This document shows positions 1 to 7,932 of a DNA stretch of 64,000 nucleotides, in pieces; within the stretch, counting starts at the first letter, position 1; each line of letters starts with the position of its first letter. Origin of the DNA: an uncultured Acidimicrobiales bacterium. Lineage in GTDB: Bacteria > Actinomycetota > Acidimicrobiia > Acidimicrobiales > Aldehydirespiratoraceae. The stretch is from NCBI GenBank assembly GCA_951812975.1, contig CATOTC010000005.1:99572-163571 (forward strand), read 5' to 3'. The notes under the pieces were generated by a model. The model was not told where the DNA came from. It was given only the letters and a program-made list of their open reading frames with translations, and ran no database searches. Made by a program: the position numbers and the translations under genes.

Positions 1-909
1 ATACTCGCCGCGAATATAGATCCAGCCGTTCTCGGCGCCCGTCGCGAAACCAGCGAGCGTGAGCGACTCGATCACCGCAAAAGGGTCCTGCTCCATCACT
101 ACCCGGTCCTTGAACGTGCCCGGCTCGGATTCATCGCAGTTGGCAACGACATGTTTTGGCCGCCCCTGCTCCGCGGCGACGGCCCGCCATTTGATTCCCG
201 TCGGAAAGGCCGCCCCGCCCCGACCGGAGAGCCCGGAGTCGGCCACCGCCGCGCACACCGCAACGGGCCCCATCCTGATGGCCTCGCCAAGCGCCCGATA
301 ACCGCCGTTGGCCCGGTAGGCATCGAGTGACGTGGGGTCGACGACACCGACATTGCGCAGCAACCGCAGCGACGGGTCCCCCTGCTGCGGAATCCGTACG
401 GCAACCTCGACAGTGTCGGCCGGGACCGAATCGTGCCTGCCGATTCCCTGGTGGAACTGGGCAGGAGCCCGCTCGCACTGTCCCAAGCAGGGTGAACGGT
501 GAACATGAGCCCCGCGCGCTTCAAGCTCAGCGATCAGGTCCTCGTTGTCGGCGATCTGGCAGGCAGCGTCGACGCAGACATGGGTGACGTGGGTGGTTTC
601 AGGACCGAGTTCGGGCTCGTCGAGGCGGAACATCTCATAGAACGTGGCGACACCGTACGCCTCCGCCGGCGGCACCTGAAGCACTTCACAGACATGGTTG
701 AGGCCACCCGGGCTGATCCAACCCTTGGCGTTCTGCAACCCGTGGAGGGCCGGAAGCAGCAGGTGGCGGTGGTCACGGCGACGGTGGATGCCTCCGTACA
801 CGAGACGCTCGCTCTCGCGCACGACCGCAGTGGGCGTTCCCACGGCAGCGGCGACAGCGACAATCTCGATCTCGTCGGCTTTGTCGTCGCCGATAAAAAG
901 GTCAGCCAT
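1..909 (-). CDS. NuoE/NuoF-like fusion protein, probable NAD-reducing diaphorase (beta) subunit of formate dehydrogenase. The C-terminus runs off the window.
   Basis: Own translation of the minus strand from the ATG at 909-907 gives MADLFIGDDKADEIEIV... It shows a NuoE-type Cys pattern (HVCVDAAC...PCLGQCERAP), then NuoF-type motifs (GLSGRGGAAFPTGIKW, ANCDESEPGTFKDR). The frame stays open to base 1 (909 nt = 303 codons). The start overlaps the upstream fdh stop (ATGGCTGA). Confidence 0.85.
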   Translation of the reverse strand, partial: MADLFIGDDKADEIEIVAVAAAVGTPTAVVRESERLVYGGIHRRRDHRHLLLPALHGLQNAKGWISPGGLNHVCEVLQVPPAEAYGVATFYEMFRLDEPELGPETTHVTHVCVDAACQIADNEDLIAELEARGAHVHRSPCLGQCERAPAQFHQGIGRHDSVPADTVEVAVRIPQQGDPSLRLLRNVGVVDPTSLDAYRANGGYRALGEAIRMGPVAVCAAVADSGLSGRGGAAFPTGIKWRAVAAEQGRPKHVVANCDESEPGTFKDRVVMEQDPFAVIESLTLAGFATGAENGWIYIRGEY

Positions 910-2974
910 CAGCGAATTCAGTTGCCGAGTCGACGTCTGGTACTGGGTTGTTCACGTGGGTCGAGGCCATGCGTTCGATCCGCACTGCCGCGGCCTTGAA
1001 CTCCGCTGTTCCGGAACGGAGATCCCATTCAGGGTTGGTGAGCTGGTTGATGTCCACCAGTTCGGGGAAGTGGAAGGTCGTGAATGTGAGGCCCCTGGGG
1101 ATGTCGGGCTGGATCCGCACGCAGGTCTCGACTGAGCCGCGGGGTGAACACATGCGAACCCGGTCGCCGTCGCATATTCCAAGCTGTCGTGCGTCGGCGG
1201 GATTCATGTCGATTCCGTCGCCGTAGCGGATCGGCGATGCGTACCCGCCTGACTGGACGCCCGTGTTGTAGCTGTCGAGCGCCCGACCAGTGGTGAGCCG
1301 GAGTGGGAACTCGTCGCTGAGCTGTTCCTTAGGCCCTTCGTGGTGGCACACACTGAACGGCGCCGGATCACGGCCTTCGAGGTCGTCGGCCCACAGCCAG
1401 CCGTGCAGGAAGATACTGCCGGGGTCGTCTTCGTCCATGCACGGCCATTGGAGTCCGCCCTCCGATTCCAGGCGGTCCCAGCTCATGCCGGCATGCATTG
1501 GTGACAGCGAGCGCAGTTCGTCCCACAGGTCTTCAGGCGTCGGGTCACCCCAGTCGACTCCGAGACGCTTGGCGAGGTCGCCGATGATGTCGGTGTCCTG
1601 ACGGGCTTCGCCCGGCGGTGGCACCGCGGCGCGGACCCGTTGCACCCGTCTCTCCGAGGATGTGACAGTTCCCTCCGACTCGGCCCAGCCCACCGCTGCG
1701 GGCAGCACGACGTCGGCCATCTCCGCGGTTCGGGTCATCAAGATGTCCTGCACGACGAGGATGTCGAGACCGTCGAGCAGCTTGCGGGCGTGTGCCACGT
1801 CGGCTTCGGAGTCGGCGGGGTTCTCACCGATCACGTAAAGGCCCTTGATCGCTCCCTGTTCCATCGCCTCGAACATCAGGGTGAGGTGCAGTCCGGGCTT
1901 GTCCGGCAGAGACATGTTGTAGGCGGTCTCGAACTTGGCGAGCGACACCGGATCCTCCACGTCCTGGAATCCGGGGAACTTGTTGGGCAACGCACCCATG
2001 TCACCCCCTCCCTGCACGTTGTTCTGGCCGCGCAGGGGCACCAGACCCGATCCCCAACGGCCGACGTGTCCGGTCAGCAGGGCCAGGTTGCACAGCGACA
2101 GCACGTTCTCGACTGCATTGTGGTGCTCGGTGATGCCGAGGGTCCAGAGGATCTGTGCGGTGTCGGCGCTGGCGTAGTCGTGGGCCATCTCAGCGATGGC
2201 GTGAGCGGGAACGCCGGTGATCTCCTCGGCTCTGTCGAGGGTGTACTGCTCGACCGCGGCCTCGTAGTCGTCAAAACCCTGCGTGGAGTGGGCGATGAAG
2301 TCGGTGTCGTGCAGTCCGGCCGCGATGATCTCACGTCCGACGGCGTTCGCCAGCGCTATGTCGGTGCCGACGTTGAGTCCGAGCCAGGCGTCCGCGAACT
2401 TCGCTGAGCTCGTGCGCCGCGGGTCGACCGCGTACATCCGCGCTCCGTTGTCTAGCCCCTTGAGCAGGTGATGAAAGTAGATCGGATGGGCCTCTCGGGC
2501 GTTGGACCCCCACAGCAGCACGACATCGGTCTGCTCAACCTCGGTGTACGACGATGTGCCCCCTCCTGCTCCGAACACTGTCGCCAGACCGACGACCGAG
2601 GGTGCGTGTCAAGTTCGATTACAGGAGTCGATGTTGTTGGACCCCATGGCGCAGCGCATGAACTTCTGTGCCGCGTAGTTCATCTCGTTGGTTGATTTCG
2701 AGCAGCTGAACATGCCGACGGCTTCGCCACCGTGCTGATCCAGGATCTGCGCGAGACCCTGCGCCGCGCGGTCGAGTGCCTCGTCCCAGGTCGCGGCACG
2801 CAGTTCGCCGTCCTCCCGCACCATCGGAGTGGTGATCCGCTCCAACGGCTTGACGTAGCGGCGACGACGATTGCCGCGGTCAAGTCCCCGTCGAGTGGGT
2901 GCTGTTGGTTCTGACGGGGTCTTCGCTTCGCTGGCTTCTACACCGACGTTCTCCACATCGGAACAATACCGCAA
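902..2974 (-). CDS. fdhA: Formate dehydrogenase catalytic (molybdopterin) subunit, selenocysteine-containing. In-frame UGA at 2611-2609.
   Basis: ORF-track entries 2609..2974 and 902..2578 are in the same frame (2073 nt = 691 codons). Read-through gives ...AMGSNNIDSCNRT-U-HAPSVVGLATVFGAGGGTSSY..., matching the FdhF-type active-site block (CARVUHGPSVAGL as recalled for E. coli). The downstream sequence is typical of molybdopterin oxidoreductases. The N-terminal start (TTG 2974, GTG 2956 or later) is uncertain. Confidence 0.85.
2580..2611 (-). promoter_or_regulatory. UGA(Sec) codon plus candidate bacterial SECIS hairpin
   Basis: The mRNA reads UGA CACGCACCCUCG GUCGUC-GGUCU-GGCGAC. This is a 6-bp stem (one G.U pair) with a 5-nt GGUCU apical loop starting 12 nt after the UGA. 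Spacing and loop resemble the E. coli fdhF SECIS as I recall it. Confidence 0.6.
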
Positions 2975-3011
2975 TGCGGAACGGGTATGCCTTCCGGACC
3001 CGAATCACCTG

Positions 3012-3021
3012 TGATTAATCA
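3012..3021. promoter_or_regulatory. AT-rich perfect palindrome TGATTAATCA in the divergent fdh/proS intergenic region, a candidate operator
   Basis: A 10-bp self-complementary site inside the 119-nt divergent promoter region, and conspicuous in a GC-rich background. A second inverted repeat, TTTGC-N8-GCAAA, lies about 25 nt downstream. Confidence 0.3.
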
Positions 3022-3093
3022 TTCGCGTCACGCCGATTTGCGTGTTTGTGCAAATTGTTCGTGTAGCAGCCGGGGTTCGGATATCGTCGCTCA

Positions 3094-4803
3094 ATGCGCT
3101 GGTCGAACCTCTTCGTGCCCACCCTGCGCGAGCCGCCGGCCGACGCAGAAGCGGCCAACCACAAGCTGTTGATCCGCGGAGGGTTCATCCGTCAACTGCA
3201 CTCAGGGCACTACTCGCTGCTGCCGCTCGGGCTGCGGGTCCACAACAAGGTCGCAGACATCGTGCGCCGTGAGATGGACGCCATCGGTGCCCAGGAGTTC
3301 CTGTTGCCGGCAATGCATCCCGCCGAGATCTGGAAGAAGTCGGGGCGCTGGCAAGCGGTGGGTGAGGAGATGTTCCGATTCGTTGACCGCAAGGGCGCCG
3401 ACAACGTCTTGGGAATGACCCATGAGGAGATCTTCACCGATGTGGCCCAGGAGATCACTTCGTACAAGTCGCTGCCCCAGATCTGGTACCAGATCCAGTT
3501 GAAGTTCCGTGACGAGCCCCGACCCAAGAGCGGTCTGTTGAGGGTTCGGGAGTTCGCGATGAAGGACTCGTACTCGTTCGACATCGACGAGGCGGGGCTG
3601 GACCACAGCTTTGAGGTTCACCACGACGCCTACGTGCGCATCTTCGAGGCTCTGGAGCTTCCGGCGATCGCCGTGGAGGCTTCATCGGGGGCGATGGGAG
3701 GCTCCGGATCAACGGAGTTCATGGTCCCGTCGAGCGTCGGAGAGGACGACGTGGCGATCTGCGGGAACTGCGGTTATGCGGCCAACACCGAACGGGCCAA
3801 GGCCCGGTTGGCCGAACTCGAGGACCGTGACCTTTCGGAGTTGGTGCGCTTGCCGACTCCAGGAGTACGGACCATCGCCGCGCTTGAGACCATCGAGGGC
3901 GGCGCGCCCGCGGTCCATCAGATCAAGACCATGGTGATGGTGCTCGACGGTGAGGTGACCTTGGCTCTGCTGCGCGGCGACCATGAACTGGAGATGCAGA
4001 AGCTGGCCGATTCCACGGGCGCGATCGACATTCGTCCGGCCACTCCCCAGGAAACGGTTGAGCACCTCGGTGCCAACCCCGGGTCGCTCGGTGCGGTGAG
4101 CGTCGAGGGCCTGCGGATCATCTGTGATCCTGCCCTCGAGGGTCGTCGGGGTCTCACCACCGGTGCCAACGAGGACGACTGGCACTGGTCCGGCGTTGAC
4201 ATCGCCCGCGACATCGCGGTTGACGAATGGACGGACCTGCGCAAGGTCAAGGCTGGCGAACCGTGCCTGGACTGCGGCTCTCCCCTGGAGATCGTCCGCT
4301 GCATCGAAACGGGCCACATCTTCAAGCTGGGGACCAAATACTCGGACCCGCTCGGTGCTTTCGTGCTTGATCCCGACGGCACGCAGAAGCCTCTGGTGAT
4401 GGGCAGCTACGGCATCGGCATCGGCCGCAGCGTTGCTGCGGTGGCCGAGGTGCACCACGACGACAAGGGCCTGGCGTGGCCGGTGAGCGTCGCTCCGTTC
4501 GAGGTCGTGATCACCATCGTGAGCAGCAAGGACGAGGCGTCGGTGGCGGCGGGTGAAACGCTGTACGACGAGCTGCGCTCACGTGGTGTCGACGTACTGT
4601 TGGACGACCGCGATGCTCGTGCGGGGGTGAAGTTCGCCGACGCGGAACTGATCGGCATTCCCTACCGGGTCACGATCGGGCCCCGTGCACTGGCCGAAGG
4701 GGAGGTCGAACTGACTTCTAGGGCTACGGGCGACACGACCCGGGTGCCGATCGACGCCATCGCCGACTCGCTCGTAGAAACCGTCGAAACCGATCGCCGC
4801 TGA
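3094..4803 (+). CDS. proS: Proline--tRNA ligase (bacterial type with insertion/editing domain)
   Basis: 569 aa. The N-terminus is MRWSNLFVPTLREPPADAEAANHKLLIRGGFIRQL. Class II motifs are present (REFAMKDSYSF, GSYGIGIGR), followed by a C-terminal anticodon-binding domain. Confidence 0.95.
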   Translation: MRWSNLFVPTLREPPADAEAANHKLLIRGGFIRQLHSGHYSLLPLGLRVHNKVADIVRREMDAIGAQEFLLPAMHPAEIWKKSGRWQAVGEEMFRFVDRKGADNVLGMTHEEIFTDVAQEITSYKSLPQIWYQIQLKFRDEPRPKSGLLRVREFAMKDSYSFDIDEAGLDHSFEVHHDAYVRIFEALELPAIAVEASSGAMGGSGSTEFMVPSSVGEDDVAICGNCGYAANTERAKARLAELEDRDLSELVRLPTPGVRTIAALETIEGGAPAVHQIKTMVMVLDGEVTLALLRGDHELEMQKLADSTGAIDIRPATPQETVEHLGANPGSLGAVSVEGLRIICDPALEGRRGLTTGANEDDWHWSGVDIARDIAVDEWTDLRKVKAGEPCLDCGSPLEIVRCIETGHIFKLGTKYSDPLGAFVLDPDGTQKPLVMGSYGIGIGRSVAAVAEVHHDDKGLAWPVSVAPFEVVITIVSSKDEASVAAGETLYDELRSRGVDVLLDDRDARAGVKFADAELIGIPYRVTIGPRALAEGEVELTSRATGDTTRVPIDAIADSLVETVETDRR

Positions 4804-4853
4804 GCGCCGCCTTCCACGGCAGGACCGGGCGGGCACTTGAACACGGTGTCAGC

Positions 4854-5486
4854 GTGCCGTGGTACCGTTGCCCCAAGAGAATCCCTGTCGAGCGTAGGAG
4901 CTTTCCCTTGTCTGACATGCCCCCACCCCCGCCTCCACCCCCGCCTCCGTCGGGGTCCGATCCCGAGTCATTCGAACCGCCGCCTCCACCCGGGAGCGCA
5001 GCCCAAGGCAGCGAACCGATGCGCGGCTGGGCCACAACGGACATCGGTGAGAGCGTTGAGCTCGCCGGAGCGGGTCGCCGGTTGCTCGCCCGGATCGTCG
5101 ATATAGTCGTTGTTGGCGTACCCGCTGCCATCGTGGCCAGCGTGATCATCGGTCAGCCCGATGACGCGGCGGAGGTATCGGCTGGGATCAGCTTGGTTGT
5201 TACCGCGATCTGGTTGATCTACGAGGTCTCGATGATTGCTCTCAGAGGCCAGACCCTCGGCAAGATGGCGACTCGGATCAAGGTCGTCAGATCTGAGAAC
5301 AGCGGAGCGCCGGAGTGGAGCCATTCCTTCAACCGCTGGGCCCCTGCCGGTGTATGCAGCATTGTCGGCTCTTGGGTTCCTATCGTCGGACTCCTGTCAC
5401 TGCTCATCTACCTGTCTCTGGTGTGGGACGGGAAGAGACAAGGGTGGCACGACAAGGCAGGAAAGACTCTCGTCATCAAGACCTGA
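4854..5486 (+). CDS. RDD family membrane protein with a proline-rich N-terminus
   Basis: Contains RLLARIVDIVVVGVPAAIV..., three hydrophobic segments and a C-terminal WHDKAGKTLVIK typical of the RDD domain. The start is ambiguous (GTG 4854 or ATG 4917, MPPPPPPPPPPPSGSD). Confidence 0.7.
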   Translation: MPWYRCPKRIPVERRSFPLSDMPPPPPPPPPPSGSDPESFEPPPPPGSAAQGSEPMRGWATTDIGESVELAGAGRRLLARIVDIVVVGVPAAIVASVIIGQPDDAAEVSAGISLVVTAIWLIYEVSMIALRGQTLGKMATRIKVVRSENSGAPEWSHSFNRWAPAGVCSIVGSWVPIVGLLSLLIYLSLVWDGKRQGWHDKAGKTLVIKT

Positions 5487-5505
5487 ACCGAGTCGTTCAG
5501 AGTGC

Positions 5506-5528
5506 GTTGTTCCGTATCGTGGAACAAA
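5506..5528. promoter_or_regulatory. Inverted repeat GTTGTTCC-N7-GGAACAAC between the RDD gene and iclR, either a candidate IclR operator or a terminator hairpin
   Basis: Perfect 8-bp arms lying 20 nt upstream of the iclR start codon and 20 nt after the RDD stop. Confidence 0.35.
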
Positions 5529-5548
5529 CTCCTATAGTCGCTTAGGTC

Positions 5549-6295
5549 ATGACTGTGCAATCAATTGAACGTGCCTTTGCCCTGCTGCGCGCCCTGGCCG
5601 TTGGTCCGGTCGGAGTCACGGAGTTGGCCGAACGGGTCGAACTGCCGAAATCGACCGTCGCGCGAATCTTGGCCGCCTTGGAGAACGAGGGTGCCGTCAC
5701 CCAGGACGGGACCGGAGGTGAATACCGCCTGGGCGAAGGGCTGCTCGACATCGCAGGCGCTACTCAGCCCGGTCGCAACCTGGTGGCCACGGCCCGCCCG
5801 CATCTGATCGACCTCCGCGACGAAGCCGGTGAGGCGGCAGGCGTGTCCGTGCTCGACGGTCGTTGCGTCTACTACCTCGACCATGTGGAGGCTGAGAGCG
5901 ACGTACAGGTACGGAGCTGGACCGGCGAACTCGCTCCGCTACACACGGTGCCTTCGGGCCTGGTGCTGCTCGCCCACTATGACGACAAGCAGCTCGATGC
6001 TTACCTGCAGGGTCCGGTCACTGCGTCAACGGCATGGACCATTACCGATCCGGATGAGATCCGCAAGCGGCTCGCCACCATTCGCAGCCTCGGCTACGCC
6101 TGGGTCTACGAGGAGTTCGCCGAGGGCATCAACTCGGTCGCGGCTCCAATCATCGAGGCGGACGGCACGGTGGAGGCGGCTCTGCACATCCACGGCCCGG
6201 CCTACCGCTTCCCCAACCCCGAGCGCACCCACGACCTCGGCAACCTGGTGATCAACGCAGCCGCAGCCCTGGCCGAGAACCTGGCCTACGACTGA
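5549..6295 (+). CDS. IclR family transcriptional regulator
   Basis: 248 aa. N-terminal winged HTH (VTELAERVELPKSTVARILAALENEG), then an IclR-type effector domain (SVAAPI...HIHGPAYRF). Confidence 0.9.
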   Translation: MTVQSIERAFALLRALAVGPVGVTELAERVELPKSTVARILAALENEGAVTQDGTGGEYRLGEGLLDIAGATQPGRNLVATARPHLIDLRDEAGEAAGVSVLDGRCVYYLDHVEAESDVQVRSWTGELAPLHTVPSGLVLLAHYDDKQLDAYLQGPVTASTAWTITDPDEIRKRLATIRSLGYAWVYEEFAEGINSVAAPIIEADGTVEAALHIHGPAYRFPNPERTHDLGNLVINAAAALAENLAYD

Positions 6296-6326
6296 GCGCC
6301 AGAATCTGGCTAGAACACCGCGAATC

Positions 6327-6345
6327 GGTGACCGACAACGTCACC
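6327..6345. terminator. Hairpin GGTGAC-N7-GTCACC between convergent iclR and the ATPase gene
   Basis: Perfect 6-bp stem in the 139-nt convergent intergenic region. There is no clear U-tract. Confidence 0.3.
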
Positions 6346-6385
6346 CCGCAGCAGTGAACAGCGACGGTTGCGTGGTCGTATCGAT
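6342..6385. repeat. Direct repeat copy A (CACCCCGCAGC ... TGAACAGCGACGGTTGCGTGGTCGTATCGAT)
   Basis: The 31-nt core at 6355-6385 matches 7902-7932 with 2 mismatches. The 11-nt CACCCCGCAGC at 6342-6352 matches 7876-7886. Confidence 0.9.
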
Positions 6386-6434
6386 TCTCCGAGATCCGGC
6401 CAGCCGAATCCTCGACGATACCCCGAGACCGCCC

Positions 6435-7712
6435 TCAGGGTCCCAGCGAAGCGATCGGCACCACGCCCACGCCGTCGGCGCGCAGGTAAGGCTGTCCGGT
6501 CGACGTGACGACAACGAGCGCTGCAGGCGAGCCTGTCACGCTGGTGTCGACTTTGGCGCTCAGCGCCAGGAGCGAGTGCGCGGCGTCCTCGATTGCTTGA
6601 GGCGTTCCCAGCTTGACCTCCACCGCGATCCACCGACCATCGTCTCTCTCCACGATGGCGTCGACTTCGAGACCGGCCTTGTCGCGGTAGTGGTACACCG
6701 TGGATCGGTTCGCCTGGGCATAGACGCGCAGGTCGCGCGTCGCCATCGACTCGAACAGCAGCCCGAGTGCCTGCCTGTCATCGAAGAGCCCTTCCGCGCC
6801 GGCGCCCACGGCCGCCGCCGCGAGCGACGGGTCGACAAGGTGATGCTTCGGTGCCGAGCGCAACGTCGTTCGTGAGAGCAACCGCCCTTTCCATGCGGGC
6901 TGGCTCTCATAGAGGAAGACTCTCGTCAGTGCGTCCAGGTAGATGCTGACTGTCTGGCGAGATGCAGCACCATCAGTGCCCATGTCTGCTGCCAACTTCG
7001 TGACGCTGGCTTCCGACGCACTGTTGCGCGCCAGCGAAGCCAGCAGTCGGCGCACGCTGAGCGGACTGTGACGGGTGCCGCTGGCTCTTGGTACGTCAAC
7101 CCGGCATGATTCGTCGAGATAGTCGCGAGCAAAATGCTGCGCATCGCGGGCCGCCATTTCCTGGGTGAGTGGCCAACCTCCTCGCAGCAGCCAGTCGATG
7201 ATGTCGCGCAGCTCGTCTTCGGGAGTGCCGTCGTCGCCGGAACGCGGTCGGTATACGGCTTCGAATTCGCCGTCGAAGAGCCGTGACAGGCTAACGGCCC
7301 CGTTCGACGCGCCGCTTTCCCACAGCGACATCGGCCGCATCAGGACACGTCCCATGCGCCCCGCGCCGGAATGGGTCGTGATGTAGTCTGCTGGTTGCGC
7401 GGACGCGGAGAGTATGAAACTCCCGGGACGGCCCAGACGGTCGCTCGCTCGCCTCACCCGGTCCCACAACCCGGGTACAAGCGGCCATTCGTCGAGCAGC
7501 ATGGGATGCGGTCCGCCCAGCAACGGCAGCGTTCCTTGCGCAGCATGGCCTCGAGCCGTCTCATCCTCATCGAACATCACTTCGCTCGCTGCGAACTGCT
7601 GGGATGTGGTGGTCTTGCCGCAGCCACGGGCGCCTTCGACAAGCACGACGGGTGTCGAGCGCAGCTTGGCTGCTATCTGGTCGTCGACCACCCGAGGCAT
7701 GTACTTGCGCAT
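6435..7712 (-). CDS. AAA-family ATPase with DUF4143-type C-terminal region
   Basis: 425 aa. Walker A motif VLVEGARGCGKTT, a Walker B-like MLLDEW, and a C-terminal region resembling the AAA_14/DUF4143 architecture. Confidence 0.75.
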   Translation of the reverse strand: MRKYMPRVVDDQIAAKLRSTPVVLVEGARGCGKTTTSQQFAASEVMFDEDETARGHAAQGTLPLLGGPHPMLLDEWPLVPGLWDRVRRASDRLGRPGSFILSASAQPADYITTHSGAGRMGRVLMRPMSLWESGASNGAVSLSRLFDGEFEAVYRPRSGDDGTPEDELRDIIDWLLRGGWPLTQEMAARDAQHFARDYLDESCRVDVPRASGTRHSPLSVRRLLASLARNSASEASVTKLAADMGTDGAASRQTVSIYLDALTRVFLYESQPAWKGRLLSRTTLRSAPKHHLVDPSLAAAAVGAGAEGLFDDRQALGLLFESMATRDLRVYAQANRSTVYHYRDKAGLEVDAIVERDDGRWIAVEVKLGTPQAIEDAAHSLLALSAKVDTSVTGSPAALVVVTSTGQPYLRADGVGVVPIASLGP

Positions 7713-7875
7713 TGGTTCACTCTAACGGTCTGGCAGCCCCTCGTTTAACTATTTGGCAATATTCCGTCTAACATTTCGGCTACGATTTGTTCGACGAAAT
7801 GGCACCGCTGGGTTCATTGAGTTGCGGCCATTGCTGTCGCCGTCTACACCATCGGCATCCGACTGGCATTCCAAA

Positions 7876-7932
7876 CACCCCGCAGCGTCAACCCACACCA
7901 CTGAACAGCGACGGTTGCGTGGTAGTTTCGAT
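7876..7932. repeat. Direct repeat copy B (overlaps the 3' end of the DprA-like gene)
   Basis: See copy A. On the minus strand this copy encodes the last residues of the DprA-like protein (IETTTQPSLFSGVG*). Copy A would encode IDTTTQPSLFTAAG* in the corresponding frame. Confidence 0.9.

Noticed and set aside
59-999. Several short ORFs listed at the start of the window (59..301, 99..524, 131..478, 327..587, 499..999, 534..863)
   Set aside because: None is protein-like. The real gene is the minus-strand NuoE/F-like frame 909..1. It has no entry of its own in the ORF track, presumably because its stop codon lies beyond the window edge.
2884-2974. Twin-arginine (Tat) signal in the Arg-rich FDH N-terminus (TRRGLDRGNRRRRY)
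   Set aside because: No hydrophobic h-region or AxA cleavage site follows the arginines. The downstream NuoE/F-like partner also indicates a cytoplasmic NAD-linked enzyme.
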